Below, in pieces: positions 46,906 to 59,570 of a stretch of 64,000 nucleotides of DNA. Below the pieces are notes generated by a model that was not told the origin of the DNA, ran no database searches, and saw only the letters and a program-made list of their open reading frames with translations. Location: NCBI GenBank assembly GCA_973895155.1, contig OZ316891.1, positions 981,224-1,045,223 of the forward strand, read 5' to 3'. The position numbers and the translations under genes are program-made. The number at the start of each line of letters is the position of its first letter. Within the stretch, counting starts at the first letter, position 1. The stretch is from Marsupella aquatica (Eukaryota; Plantae; Marchantiophyta).

Positions 46906-47101
46906 TGGGAGATATTAAAAATCAGCTGGAAGTGTACTTGAAGCTTTTGCAACTGATGAGTTCCTAATGAGCTCCTGAACAGTGACCACCCTCTACAACC
47001 CGGGAATGGGAGATATTAAAAATCAGCTGGAAGTGTCCTGGAAGCTTTTGCAACTGATGAGTTCCTGATGAGCTATGAACAGTGACCACCCTCTACAACC
47101 G
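46906..47101. repeat. Tandem duplication of a ~100-bp unit; the adjacent 46777-46920 also repeats 45371-45515
   Basis: tgggagatattaaaaatcagctggaagtgt...gaacagtgaccaccctctacaacc occurs twice. Confidence 0.85.
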
Positions 47102-48346
47102 GTAACAGGTCAGTTTTAGGAGGGAAATGTAAAGAGTATTCCTTGGAAATGTTAATGTAGATAGTGACCATGAAAACCCCGTGGCGAGGAAAAACAGGAA
47201 GAATCCCACAAAATAAACAACGCTAACCGGGAGGCCAACTGTAAAGAGTAGTACCGAGTCAAATTAATAATACGTTCATTTGGGTTACAGAAATCTACAT
47301 GAGCACCTCAACATACTTGAAACTTGAAACTCCATCCAGGCTTCAAGTTCCTTTTGAAGGACTTGTGTATCCTTTTTCAAATATGCAGATATGACTTAAA
47401 GAGGAATGGACCAAGGTGCCCTCCAACAGAGTGGTCTAAAATCTAGGACAAAAGAGTGATGAGCAAACATTAGGCCCCACTTCGTTTAGGCCCCACTTCG
47501 TTCCATGTAGGATTGGTACCAAGTTGTTGAAAGTACTCCCAACTTTTTGTAAAATGAAAAGCAGCAATGTCTTCCAAATGGGTGGCCCTGATCAAATCTT
47601 TGAGACAAAAACAAAAGTGGAAATTGCCCCCCACATCTTGTACAGTCACCCTGGGAACATGAAAGACTATTGCATAAAAAAGTGCGAAATTAGAATTGTT
47701 TCGGAACATTCGAAATGAGAATTGCATTCAAAAGTGTGCAATGAGAATTATTTAGGGAAATTTGGGAAAAGAGAATTGTTCAGAATTGTTCTAAATCCTA
47801 AGTCTTCGTCCACTTTGGAGGTAACTTCCCACATTAGTCAGGTCCAGTCGATTGAGGGACTTCGGTGAAGGTACTAGTTCGTAACTTGTAACTCTCTGCG
47901 ATATGGACGCAGCTGTTTCTGCTCCGGTCTGATTAGTAAATGTGGGGATTCAGTTGCTCTTGTGACTACTACACAGGTTTTAACCAGCGGAACTGGTTCA
48001 GGCATGATGCAAATGATGGCCACAAAAAGTTTACGCATTATTTAGGTAAGTCTGATTCTCGCCCAAAACAATGCAAGCGCGGCTTAATCTGTCGCAAGGC
48101 TTAATCTATCAGCTTCTGATTTCAAAATTGCACATTATAGAGCACTTCTACTAGTATGGTAACATTATATGTCGCATAACAGCGTCCTCTATCAGCCTGG
48201 GGAGTGTCCTGGGCTATACAGTCTAACATGCCACACGATATCCTACATGGTAGACATGGTACCCCAAGATACGTACAAGCAGTTTACTTGCGGTGAGAAT
48301 GAACGATGCCGCTTCATTAGTTAACTTTTGAATGCGACGATCCCAT

Positions 48347-51133
48347 CTAGAGTAACTTCTGAAGAACTCCTTTGCATTTTCTCAAAGTGTCAATTCGTTG
48401 TCGCAGACATAATCTTTTATGAATGGTGGCAGGATTCTCCTCCATAAAAGTCGACAGGTCCTGCCCCAGCTTCGCTTTCAACATGGCTTCTCGTAGGTTC
48501 CGCAGGAGAGTATTTTGCAAAGCGAATCGCAACTCCAACGGAATTTCGTCCGCCATTCTTTTGTGCACCACTTTGCAGTAGGCTGCCAGATTCACCTTCA
48601 TGTCGAACGCTGATCGGTACTCGTTCGACGCATTATATGCCTCGTTCAAACTGAAAAATTGCTTGAACCCTTCGACTTGGACTTGGTTAGCAGTGGTTCT
48701 TCCAGTTTGATACTGGATCAAATGCTCTCTGATCTTCTGGACATTCGCCATGTAATAATCATTCATGGTGAAAACATTGGATCTCTCTTTGTCGAGGACA
48801 CGGAGAACATACTTCGTGCACTTCCTACGGCAGACGGCAAGCACGTTGTCGGCTTCCTGCACAAGTGCGGTCAATGAACCGTCAGGTGGAAAGAGCCAAC
48901 TGGATAGAGGAATTACAGGTGAATGGACGAAACCAAGCAGAAGGATCAGAATGTCTGTGAATTAGCCTCACTTGTTTGTATGCAGCAAGCAAATTTGGGA
49001 ACATATTTGCTGATTTCTGAATGATATTGAAAAGAAAATTTCGAGCGAACTCGTGTGACTCAGCCACCAGATCGGTGCAAGCCTCTGAAACCTTGTCAAT
49101 TTCTTGTTTGACAAGTGTCCTCATCAGTGCGGGAGACAGAAAGTTGGGCAGGGTCAACCCTCGCATCTCAGTCAAAAGTAGCAAAATTTCCGCCGTTCTA
49201 CTAGCAGGAAGAATTTGGTCCACAACATCATGCAGCTTATCACTGAACGCCTGAAACATTTCGTCTAATCGGGCCGGGTAGTGCAATTGTTTCTGATCCG
49301 AAACTTTATCGTAGTTCCCATTCAGCAAAATCTCGTCCATTGTGGTTTTGATCTCCTCAACGATATTCAAGAACATGACTGTCGGATCCGCATTGGCTAA
49401 AGAGCCTTGCGGGAGGGCTTCCAGTTCTCTCCTCCTCTCCAGCAAGGCCTTATCAACCTTTTGCTGTATACCTGCTCACAAGAATTGGCTCACCAATGAT
49501 CAACAAGCTAGCCACAATGTGCACGCGTGTACGAAGTTTGTACCGTCTACAATTGCAGATGTGGCGGCCCAGCTTCGAGCAGTTATCTTTGACAACAGAA
49601 TCCGTAGCAAGCCTTGAGCAGCACCGAAGATAACATATATTTATTACCTGGCAGACTCGCACGAATGATGTTGGCTTGAATCTGAGTCAAGCGCTCTGCC
49701 AACGACGGAATTCCCACGGAACTCTTGTCGAGTCGGGAAAGCGAAGAGTGGCTCCGGAAAAGCTCTCTCTCCTGTTCACGTGCTTCCTCATGTGATCCAT
49801 CACCTGTCCGGTTCCTGCAGCGCAGATTACGACGGCGACATCGGTTAAGATGTCAATCACAAGATGAAGTACACCCATGGAGACTGCAGAGTCTTTCAGG
49901 TTCAGGAAATAATTATGGCGGGGTATACATCCATGTAGATTATGCAGCAAAGTATGTTATCTTCCATGAAATTAATTCAAGTCTTCTGTTATCTTCCATG
50001 AAATTAATTCAAGTCACTGAGAAGCCGGTACTCAGAAGTTTCTACCTTACACAAATATAACCTAAACCTATGTTGACATCGTCGGCCATGACTTTGTTGT
50101 AGACATCATCCGCAGCTCTGTCCACTTTGGTCACTACTGCCAAAGTTCTCTCCCCATTCTTATCCACCTCTTGTGACATCCTGATGGATTCGCATGTGGA
50201 GAAGTCAACAGTTGCCGACAGGACATTTAGTATCACTGTTTCTTGCGGTTTCAAATACTTCTGAATCATTGCCTTGATTTGTTCATAAATATCGGCTGGC
50301 TGGCCGTGAACAGGCACTCGAGTGATACCTGTCGATTCCAACATCCCAGACTGTGCGAGTTAGTTTGGGTTTGGGATCGATGAGTAACCTTGCATGGTAA
50401 ACTCTCGAAAATTCTCTCATAGAAGTCTACGGTGTATACATTAGATCCAACAACGTACATCAACACTGCAACTGAGCATGCATCCGCTTCAATCGTTTCA
50501 AGCTTGAGTAATTGAGCTTTTGAAAGGAACATTGCCGGTTTAGATATCTTCGTCGATGTCGTTAGACATCTTCTCCTTTCAAGGGAGATATGTAGCAGAT
50601 CTGTAGCAAGCGAAATACATCCACGCAACAGGCATACAGTCAACGAGAGAGTTGAAACAGACTAGAGACCTAGAGAAGGCAGCTGAGTACGTAGATTGAC
50701 CTGGAAGATCGATCATTGTAAGATCGGGCGCGTTAGGCCTTCGTATGTGTAGCGAAATTGCTGCGTCTGTTACGACTCCTTTCCCAGTGCCCGCCAGGAC
50801 ATCGGTCGCGGCATTTACATACCACACTATCTGCTCTTCTTTGATAGTAAACTGCTTGTCTTTGTAGGAGATTGTGATCTCACTGTCTTCGGAGACACGA
50901 CAGCTCTGCAGTCGTAGTACAAGAGGGACTCTTGTGGCGATACCCTGTCCACGCGGTAAGCTGATCGTCGCCAGCGACTCTAAAACAGAAGACTTTCCAC
51001 TAGACTGGTCCCCTACAACCACTATGCTGGGCAGAGGAATACCCTCGTCAGTGACCTTCAGAGTACGCAGCATATCCACAGCATCGAGGAGAGGACGAAT
51101 GTTCTTGTTGAATTTCTCGTCAAGACCCGTCAT
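48347..51133 (-). CDS. Dynamin-related GTPase, Mx-like (DRP4-type), copy B, ~630 aa
   Basis: Exons 51133-50701, 50328-50046, 49814-49648, 49471-48972, 48856-48347. Exon lengths (433/283/167/500/510) and GTPase motifs match copy A. Confidence 0.95.
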
Positions 51134-52554
51134 GGTGCTGGCTGGACCCGACGGACCTTTGAGTCAGTTGAATAAGGTTTTTACCATTCGAATTGTAGCG
51201 ATACCGAGAATGTGTCAAACGAAAAGGCAAGACCTTCGCATTCAGCTCAACTGCGTCGGATTAGTAATTAACCTACCCTCGAGTGCTTTGTTTGGACAGG
51301 TCTGTCTGTTTGGCTATCGTCGCTATATATGTTCACAATTACCGTCCGGGCGGTCAAAGTAGGTATGGTTTGCTCTCTGGTACAACACAGCGCAGTGAGG
51401 AGAACAAAAAGAAGGAAAACTTCAGGATTAACAGATCAGAGCGAGACAAGGCATTTGACTCTCAACTATTTATCCTTAGTCCTTCTAATAGCCAGCCAAA
51501 GCATGAAGCAAGACTCAAGAAGACGAGAAGGGGTAACAACTATTGAACTGTCTGCCTGTCTCTACAACGACAAGTGTAGAAGAATGATCATAATTGCGAG
51601 AGGGATTGAATTGAACCATTAGAGGAGTATCGTAGTGCTATTAAGAATGATAGGGGCTCGGCATTTATGATGAGATGCGATGCGACGAGAGTCCGAGACG
51701 CTGAGGAGTGGATCCTTGTGGGTCTTGTACTTCCACACATGGAATCAATCCGCTGTATAATAGTATACCAGTAGTATTTCTTGTTCGTTTGAACCCGAAT
51801 CTGTGAGAAACCTTCAAGATTCACATTTCCAAATTCGTTGCCTTCATCAAAGGACGCTAGAAATCCCTGCCCTGAGATGGGGAGTCGAGACGTATTCTTG
51901 TAGTGAACGCGAACGGCACATCGCGTCCTATACCACCTAATTTCTACTAACTGGAGTATGCATCCTTGCATGAGCTGTTACTCAGTTACTTGGAGAACTT
52001 GCCACAATGACACAATCAGACGCGCAGTTTTAGTGCATTTAGTGATTCAGTTTTCGACCAGCAGAAATAATGTCCATTGATTCGTAGAGTGCAGCTTTTA
52101 TTATGTGCCGCCGACTCTTCGAGAGCCTGCGCCCTGTACCCCTATGTGAATCTTAATGTACATTTGTAAGTGTTTCAGGGGAATCAACTCAATCAAGGCC
52201 TCAAGCGAGCTCCCATATACAGCAGCACTCGGAAAAGGATTGGTCACTGTGCTCTTCATTGGAGATTGGTGTTCGAAATAGCTTCACGTAACTGGTGGAG
52301 GAATAGTAATCCAGTAATCCACTGTCACTAGTGCTAAGACTCTTTAAGTCACACCTGCCCATATAAAAGCTACATTCTCTCCCTCATTATTCCTCCTTCT
52401 TCACCATAAATATATATGGTGAATAGTGTCACACCATAGCAGCCGGAGCACTTGCCAATAAAGACGCACTCATCATCTTTTGTGTAACTTGACGTACCCT
52501 AATCACGGTTGCCAAAGGTGTTATTATACATAGACAAGCTCAAACTCCTTGTGT

Positions 52555-52960
52555 TGTTTAAAAGATGTTGTTGCTTGAAAAATGATGTTGCCTGAAGAGA
52601 TCATTAAGCAAAAGATATGTTTTAGTAAAAGATGTTATGCAGAAGACGTCATTGAGTAAAGGTATGGTTATTCAAAACAAGTTGTCAAATAATCAACTTA
52701 GTTGTGCAAAAGATGTAGTTTATGGAAAAGATGAAGTTAAGCACAAGATGTTGATGCGTGAAAAATGACATTGGGCAAAAAATGTCATTGTGTATAACTA
52801 ATGATATAGTTGATGCAAAAGACCTGATTGCACAAAAGATGTTGTCGAGGGAAAGATATTCTGAAAGTTTGCTGAAAAGATGGCATTGCCTTATTAAATG
52901 ACATCAATGCAAAAGAAGGAGAACATTGTGCTCAAGATGGCATTGAGAAAACATGGTGAT
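52555..52960 (+). repeat. Highly degenerate AAAAGATGT-type tandem array
   Basis: Repeated aaagatgt / aagatgttg units at ~20-bp spacing; probably an older relative of the array at 520-1105. Confidence 0.5.
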
Positions 52961-55086
52961 TGCAAAGACATTCTTGAATAAAACATTTGTTTGAATGCCC
53001 ATGCAAGATTTCATTCATTTGTACATATATGTAGTTGAATGAGTATAAGATGTCATTGCACAACATACGCGCAACAGGAACCACAATAATACAACAGAGT
53101 GAGAATAGTTTTTTTCTTTGTGTTTTTTCCTTTTACTTTTTGTTCTTGACAACCCTAACCTTTCTCCCCCTATTTCACTGTTTTCCCCGTCTCCTCAGTC
53201 TTTTTCTCATTTTTCCTCCCTCCTTGCACTCCTACCTCCCCCCCCCAGCTGCCGAGGTGACTGTGCCCCTCGCTGGGCACCTTGCAATTGACGCCCTTGG
53301 CCCCTTCCCTGCAATTTGTTTTGGGCCTTATTGCTTGCATTTTTTGAAACTGGAAAGGGCATCGCAAATGAAGAGAGACCACTCTATTATAGCTTCATAG
53401 AGCTCAATTATCTAAATTACACAATGGTATAATAGATATCATGTCTATAAGTAACAAAACTCGATAGTGGTATAATTCAAGATTCCTTCAAGTTTCAGTA
53501 TCAACTGCTCATAGCGTTCTCAACGCAACAAATGACTCTATGCATACTTTGGTATTTGAAACATTTTGAACCGGGACTTTAGGATAACCGATAGTTCTGG
53601 GCAGTTTTTCGGCCCATTGACTCATTGATTGTTTTGTAGTGATTGGAAGGAGATTACAAGCTCTACTGTAGTACATCAGGTTTGAAGTGCTAAGTTACAT
53701 AATTAACAGAGAGCATATTACAAGAATTCACAATCCTATTCAGAGGATATCGTATGTTTTGTTCCAAGTACTCTGCTCTTATTGTAATTGCTTTCTACTT
53801 CTTTTGAGTTCCCATTAGAAAGCTCAGGAAACCTCTTCCTCCGACTTGAGCTATTTAAGCTTGAGAATGCATAATGTCATCTGGTAGAATTATGAAGTAG
53901 CTTTATGAGGTGAAGCAATTTGATACCTCTCTGAAGGTCGATTAAACTGGCACATTTGATGGTACCGTGCGCAGAAAACAGATTACTCGGGTGGCAGCAT
54001 TTGAAGTCTTTCTCAATCAATCAATGTCTTGGGTGGTAACATGGTATTGGCATACATTGCTGTCGAAGTTTCAGCTACTCCACCCTTGGAAATGCTCTGT
54101 TTGCATTAGAGCCAAACTCTGTCAATGTATTTGGCTTTAAATTATAAAAACAAATTTTTACACGAGTTCATCTTTGAAGTTAGAAGCGGCTAGCTGGCAA
54201 ATTAATGAAGCTCTCACTAAAGCTAAACAAAATTTTGAGCCTCATTTCTGAATAGAGAAAAACTTAATGAATCTCAGCAGTGCCGTTGCAATTAAGGCAG
54301 CGCCGCATTTAGTTATTTTACACACACGGCGCCCCGCATTTGAAGAAATAATTATGTGCTACAGACAGACATACGAATATTTGCTCTGACAGCTCTTTCC
54401 AATTTCGTTGAAAGGTCGCACCCATCGACAGATGCAATCAATTAATATACAGACTTCCACAATTAACATGATCCATGTCACTGTAGGGTCGAGCACTCGA
54501 GTGGCACTGATTCCTAGCGGCTCTTTCGTTCAATGGTCGATCTGTCGGTTCATTTTGGGCGCAACATATGGAAGAAAATTATGTGACAGGTGAAGGTGAA
54601 TTTAAGGGTCGACAACCCCGACATTATTGGGCAATGCATGATGTACACCTTCCTCCCTGAAATTTGAGTTATAGTTCATCTATTCTCAACTTCATCATGC
54701 GGAGCAACAATCGAAGTCCAATGTCCTCATCTTCATTCGTGAACGGCGACAAACTTGAATATTTGATCCTCGACGTGGGTCGCAGCATATATCATGAATC
54801 TTTAACTGTAACGAATTGGAACACTTCATCCAGGACTTCATCGTGAGTAGCAGCAGCTTCAGAAGTCCAGGTACTTCATCGTGATTCGAGAATGGTAACA
54901 TTCGATGGCTTTGACTCCTTCGGTAGACATAATCCTTTTCTCGCTTGAAGATGGCATGGAGGCCTCCATGTATGCAGATAAGGATAGATCTCGGCGGAAT
55001 CCAATATCTTTGGCACGCCTTAATTTTATAATACATCTCTAGCTCACCTAGGGTTCACGGGGAAATTACTGTCGATACCTGGAAGA

Positions 55087-58000
55087 TCAATAGTAGAGAT
55101 CTTGCTCAAGCATCCATGGAGCTACAAAATCTGCACCATTGAGCATTGTTGTTGTGGTCTCACGACCTTCCATCGCTTCGGCAATGGTGCGCATAGACGA
55201 CTCCAGGAGAACCCTCATGGGGATATCGAGGGTCCCGGAGCTGAACTTGGATGTCGGCTTGTTACTCGGCAGCGTCGGAAGGGCTAGATCTCCGAGGAGC
55301 ATTTGCAGAGCGTATCGGATGGGCGGGCGGCAGGTGTGGTCGGGATGGATGCACATAAGGCCCACCTTCAGGACTCTCGTCATATTTGTCTCGTCATATA
55401 GCCCTGCCAGGCGAGGATCCACAGCGTCTAGCAATCGTCCGGACGCGAGGAGCCCCCAGACCCAGTCGGCCAGGACTACCTCCTGCTCAGGCCGGTTGCT
55501 GTCCAGCGGCCGCTTCGCGCACATTACCACGAGAATCAGAGTGCCGAAGCTAAAGACGTCGGTCTTTGTCGTCGCCCTACCTGTGTGCACTGTCTCCGGT
55601 GCAAGATACCCCATTGTGCCGGCCATTATCGTTGTGTCCGTCGTAGTTTGGCTGTGGTCGCTCGGCCTCGCCAGCCCGAAGTCTCCAAGCCTTGCGTTGA
55701 ACTTCGAATCCAGAAGCACATTGCTGTGCACAATAAAACCAATAAAAAAGTCTTCAGATCGCATGCAAAACCAACGTTGATCACGGGACTGAGAGTACCG
55801 AAATCTCGTACAAACTATATTTAGCCACGAAACTTTCAAAGAGATTGTATCATCCCGAGAGAAACTACTGTAGTCAGCCCATCAAGACCTTCGGGAGCAT
55901 CATTCATCGCCCGTTGCAAACTGAAAATAATTTCCAGTCTCGACACATGTTTTGTACAGCAACGGTGACACTGTAAAGTAGAGACAGAGTATCACAATTG
56001 CTGGTGGTTGTTCGTCGATGAGGACAACGGAAACCATTTGTAAAGTGATCTAGCTTTGAGTCTGTAGTTCATTGACTACCGCCATCAGCACAGCGCTCAC
56101 TAGTGGAACCTACCGCACCAAGAAAGTCATGAACCCACTTCTGAATAAGCTCAGGCACCACAATCCTTCATTGTGTACGTGCAAAAGCTGTAGATTTAGA
56201 TAACAGGGGCAAGGGTGGTGTCGCGAGCTGAGATCAATTCCATTCCTCTCGACTGTTTCTCATGATCGACAGTTTCGTAGACAGTTGTGCTGACATCTAT
56301 TGATAAACTGTTAAGTTGTAATTGTCGAGAATTCATGATTCACGCGAATTCAAGAGAAGCAGAACGACATGCATCTATACAAAAACACTACAATTATCAA
56401 AATTCAGAGAGTAAGTTTGGGTGAAGTGTTTTAATGGTCGAATGCAATAACATTAGTAGTATGTAATGAATCGTCTTGAAGTTGACATGATCAAAAAATT
56501 AGTGTTCAATGGTCTCTCGATGGGGGAGTCGAGTGGAGATCAACGTTGACCAGGCCCGTGACCAAAGAGGTTCGGTCACAAAAGCGCTGAACTGTTACAA
56601 ATGCACTCTCCTTAATATTGTACATTGTATTTTGAAGAAAATTAGTCGCAGAATCGTATGTGCATACAAAAAAGATCTGGAGGTATTTTCGGGCACTCTC
56701 CTTAGTATTGTACATTGTATTTTGAAAAAAATTATTAGCAGAATCATATGCGCATAATTGTATGTGCAGAAAAAAGATTTGGAGTCATTTTCGGGCCCCC
56801 ACCACCACAAGCTGAAGTTCAGCCAATCAGGCAGGAAAGAATAAGTGCATGTTCCGTCGGAGGAATTTGTTCTGGTTGCTACTGCACATAGGTCGTGTAC
56901 ATAGGCACTGCCTGCGGGCAGAAAAAGAAAAACGAAGAAAAGGATTAATAACTAGCTCACCTGGCTTTTACATCCCGATGGATAATTTGCTGCTCCGCTT
57001 CGTCGTGAAGGTACGTCAGGGCAGACGCCACCTGACGCAGTGCTTTGTAGCGTATATCCCATGACAGCACTCGATTGTCTGCGAGAAGAGACATGCATGC
57101 ATATAATGTTTAATCCAAAGAGTTCACAGCTCGAGTTCTTTGACATTTCTGGAAGTAATCAATGCATCGCCGATCTGGGAGGGAAAGTACAATTCACAAT
57201 TCCGAGTTCAATTTTCAGAGAATAGTCGTGGAAACATAATTATGCGCGCAGTTATCATGACAAACATATACGTAGCAGCCAAATCTCAAGGTTGGATAAT
57301 GCACTCGACCGAGGAATCGACAACATCAGTCGAATCTTGTCGCAGTGGAGTAGATGGCTACAGTCCCAACAACAGAAAACAATGCAACAGCAGAATCGCA
57401 GTAACAATCGGTATACGGATCAAAGAGACACTCGGTCGCACACCTCAATAAAGTTTTTGTACTTCTGAACTGTACTTTAGTAGTTAGACTCGACTAATAC
57501 TTCAATCAAGCTAGCATTGCATCACAAGCGGTCGAAACAATTATCTATTAATTCTATCAAATCGACGGAATGATGATTACCGTCATTCGTCTCGTACAGG
57601 TGCTTGTCCAAGCTGCCGTTTTCCATAAAATCGTAAATCAACAGCAGCTTGCCCTTCTTGTGGCACCAGCCATGGATCTGGACCAGATGCCGGTGCCGGA
57701 GTCCTGCGATGATATTCACCTCGGCAAGAAACTCGCGCTCTCCCTGGCACGAATCGGCTGCCACCTCTTTCACGGCCACGGGTACAATCGCCTCATTATG
57801 GTCCGACAGATAGCCCTTATACACAACACCGAAGCCGCCTCGTCCCAACTCCTCTTTGAAGCCATTTGTCGCTTGCTTCAGCTCACGATAAGTGTAACTC
57901 CTCGGCCCTAAGCTCGACACAGCATCCAACTCTTGTGTGGAGGTAAACCTCTTCGATCCGAAAGAGCCCGTTCGTGAGTGTTTGTATTTCAGACTACTAG

Positions 58001-59570
58001 GATCCATCGAAGATAATATTTTCATTATTGGCGAGTCCCGACGAGGGTTGAAGATGACTGAAGCTCGAGGTGAGAAGGGGAACTTAGAACCTACTGAAGC
58101 TCCACCAGAGTTTGAGAGTTTAGCTCTTAAAGCAGCATGAGCTGAAATGGGGGTATCGAGGTTCGAAGAAACTCGCGGTGAAAAGGCCTTAGCGAGTGAA
58201 CCAGCTCGAGGTGAATCTAACGTGTGTGTGAAGCCAAGACGAGATCGAGGAGGACTGTAGGACTGCCGCTCTTGAAGAGGTGGACCCTGAAATGTGGGAT
58301 TCAACTTCAGAATCATGGCAGCCTGAGCTGCCTTCCGTTTCCTCCACCTGAAGAAGCAGAAAGCGCCGACAGCCACCAGGCACACTGCGAGCCCTAGGGA
58401 AATTCCCATCGGGATGATAGCCTTCTTCATTCTGTTACAATCTGCCCCGCAATCCTTGCTCGATACCTTGGAGCTAGACAGAGGAACGACAGCTGCAGCT
58501 ATCGAACTGTTAAAAGTCCATGATGTAATGGTATGCATCTCGTTAGCACCTATTCCGACTCCCCCTGCAAAGCCAACGTACATTCTCGGTAGGAGACGCT
58601 GAGCAAGATCCAAATCTGTAACTTCTAGTACCGGTGGATCTGAAATACTTACAACAGACCTCGTCAACCAAACGCTCAGTTTCCGAACCGGGTGTGAGTA
58701 CTCTATCCGAGCTCTAAAGTTACCAGACACCAGATTTAGACCTAACGGCCAAAGATTCGTAGCATTCAAAGACTCCATGCTGTTCCAATTCACTCCAACA
58801 TGGTTATCGCTCACGTCACGGAATTCCTTATTCTGGTGAGTATCAAACTCCACCACGAAAGTATGATTGAACTCAGGCGGGAACCCATTCGAACCATGGA
58901 CGTCTGGTAGGATGCCCATAAATTTGCCAGAGTGTCCCACAGCAGTGACATCTGGGAAGAGGCCGAAAGCAAAGCCATGGCCCCTGTTCGAGTTGTTGCT
59001 TGCGGAGATGGTAAACGAGAAGGAGGTCTGAAACGAAGCTACGAAATTGGTGGCCGGCTCCAGGAACTGAACAGGCTTGTTGTAGAGAACTCGCCCCCTG
59101 CTTCGAGTGTCATTGTACGCACCGTTTGAATTCAGTTTGATCTCGCCGGTTGACATCGCAGCGTCCTTCAGGAGTGCGAAATCAGATTTCACGAAGTTCC
59201 CATTGAATGAAAAGCTGCTGCTATTGGATTGGCTCTTGCAGCTAGATGCCATTGCAGCTACGGTGAAGATGCATATCTTGAGCTTCAGGATACCATCTGC
59301 CCGAGTTGAACGTTTCCAGCTGCTACTCTTGCTCTTTACACAGCGCACGCTGTCCGGAGCAGATTGCAATGTCTCTGCACGGAACTGATGTTCGAACTCC
59401 TGTTGCTCGTCGCGCTGCGCAACCTCCGGATGCTTTCCATTGTGAGCCATCCCGGAATGTTCAGTGGTGTTGGACCGTGCCCGGTATGCCGTCTTCATCA
59501 CTGGTACACTTGTCCCACAATTCAACAGTGTAGAAGTGACTCCAGGCTTTGGAAGCCCGGCTACGCCCAT
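55087..59570 (-). CDS. L-type (legume) lectin receptor-like kinase
   Basis: Exons 59570-57581, 57078-56961 (absent from the ORF track: LSWDIRYKALRQVASALTYLHDEAEQQIIHRDVKAS) and 55723-55087. Lectin motifs GHGFAF, VEFDT, DNHVGVN, MYVGF; one TM helix; kinase LGRGGFG, VAVK, HRD, DFG, GTMGYLAPE. Start codon uncertain. Confidence 0.95.
56603..56756. repeat. Tandem duplication (90-bp period) in the LecRK intron
   Basis: gcactctcctta-tattgtacattgtattttgaa...gcagaatc-tatg-gcata occurs twice. Confidence 0.85.

Noticed and set aside
45371-46925. ~150-bp direct repeats around the copia fragment, as an LTR pair
   Set aside because: No clear TG...CA ends, PBS, PPT or TSD; recorded only as a repeat.
39443-51362. 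Plus-strand ORFs overlapping the dynamin exons (likewise those antisense to the LecRK and transposases)
   Set aside because: They are antisense shadows of real coding exons.
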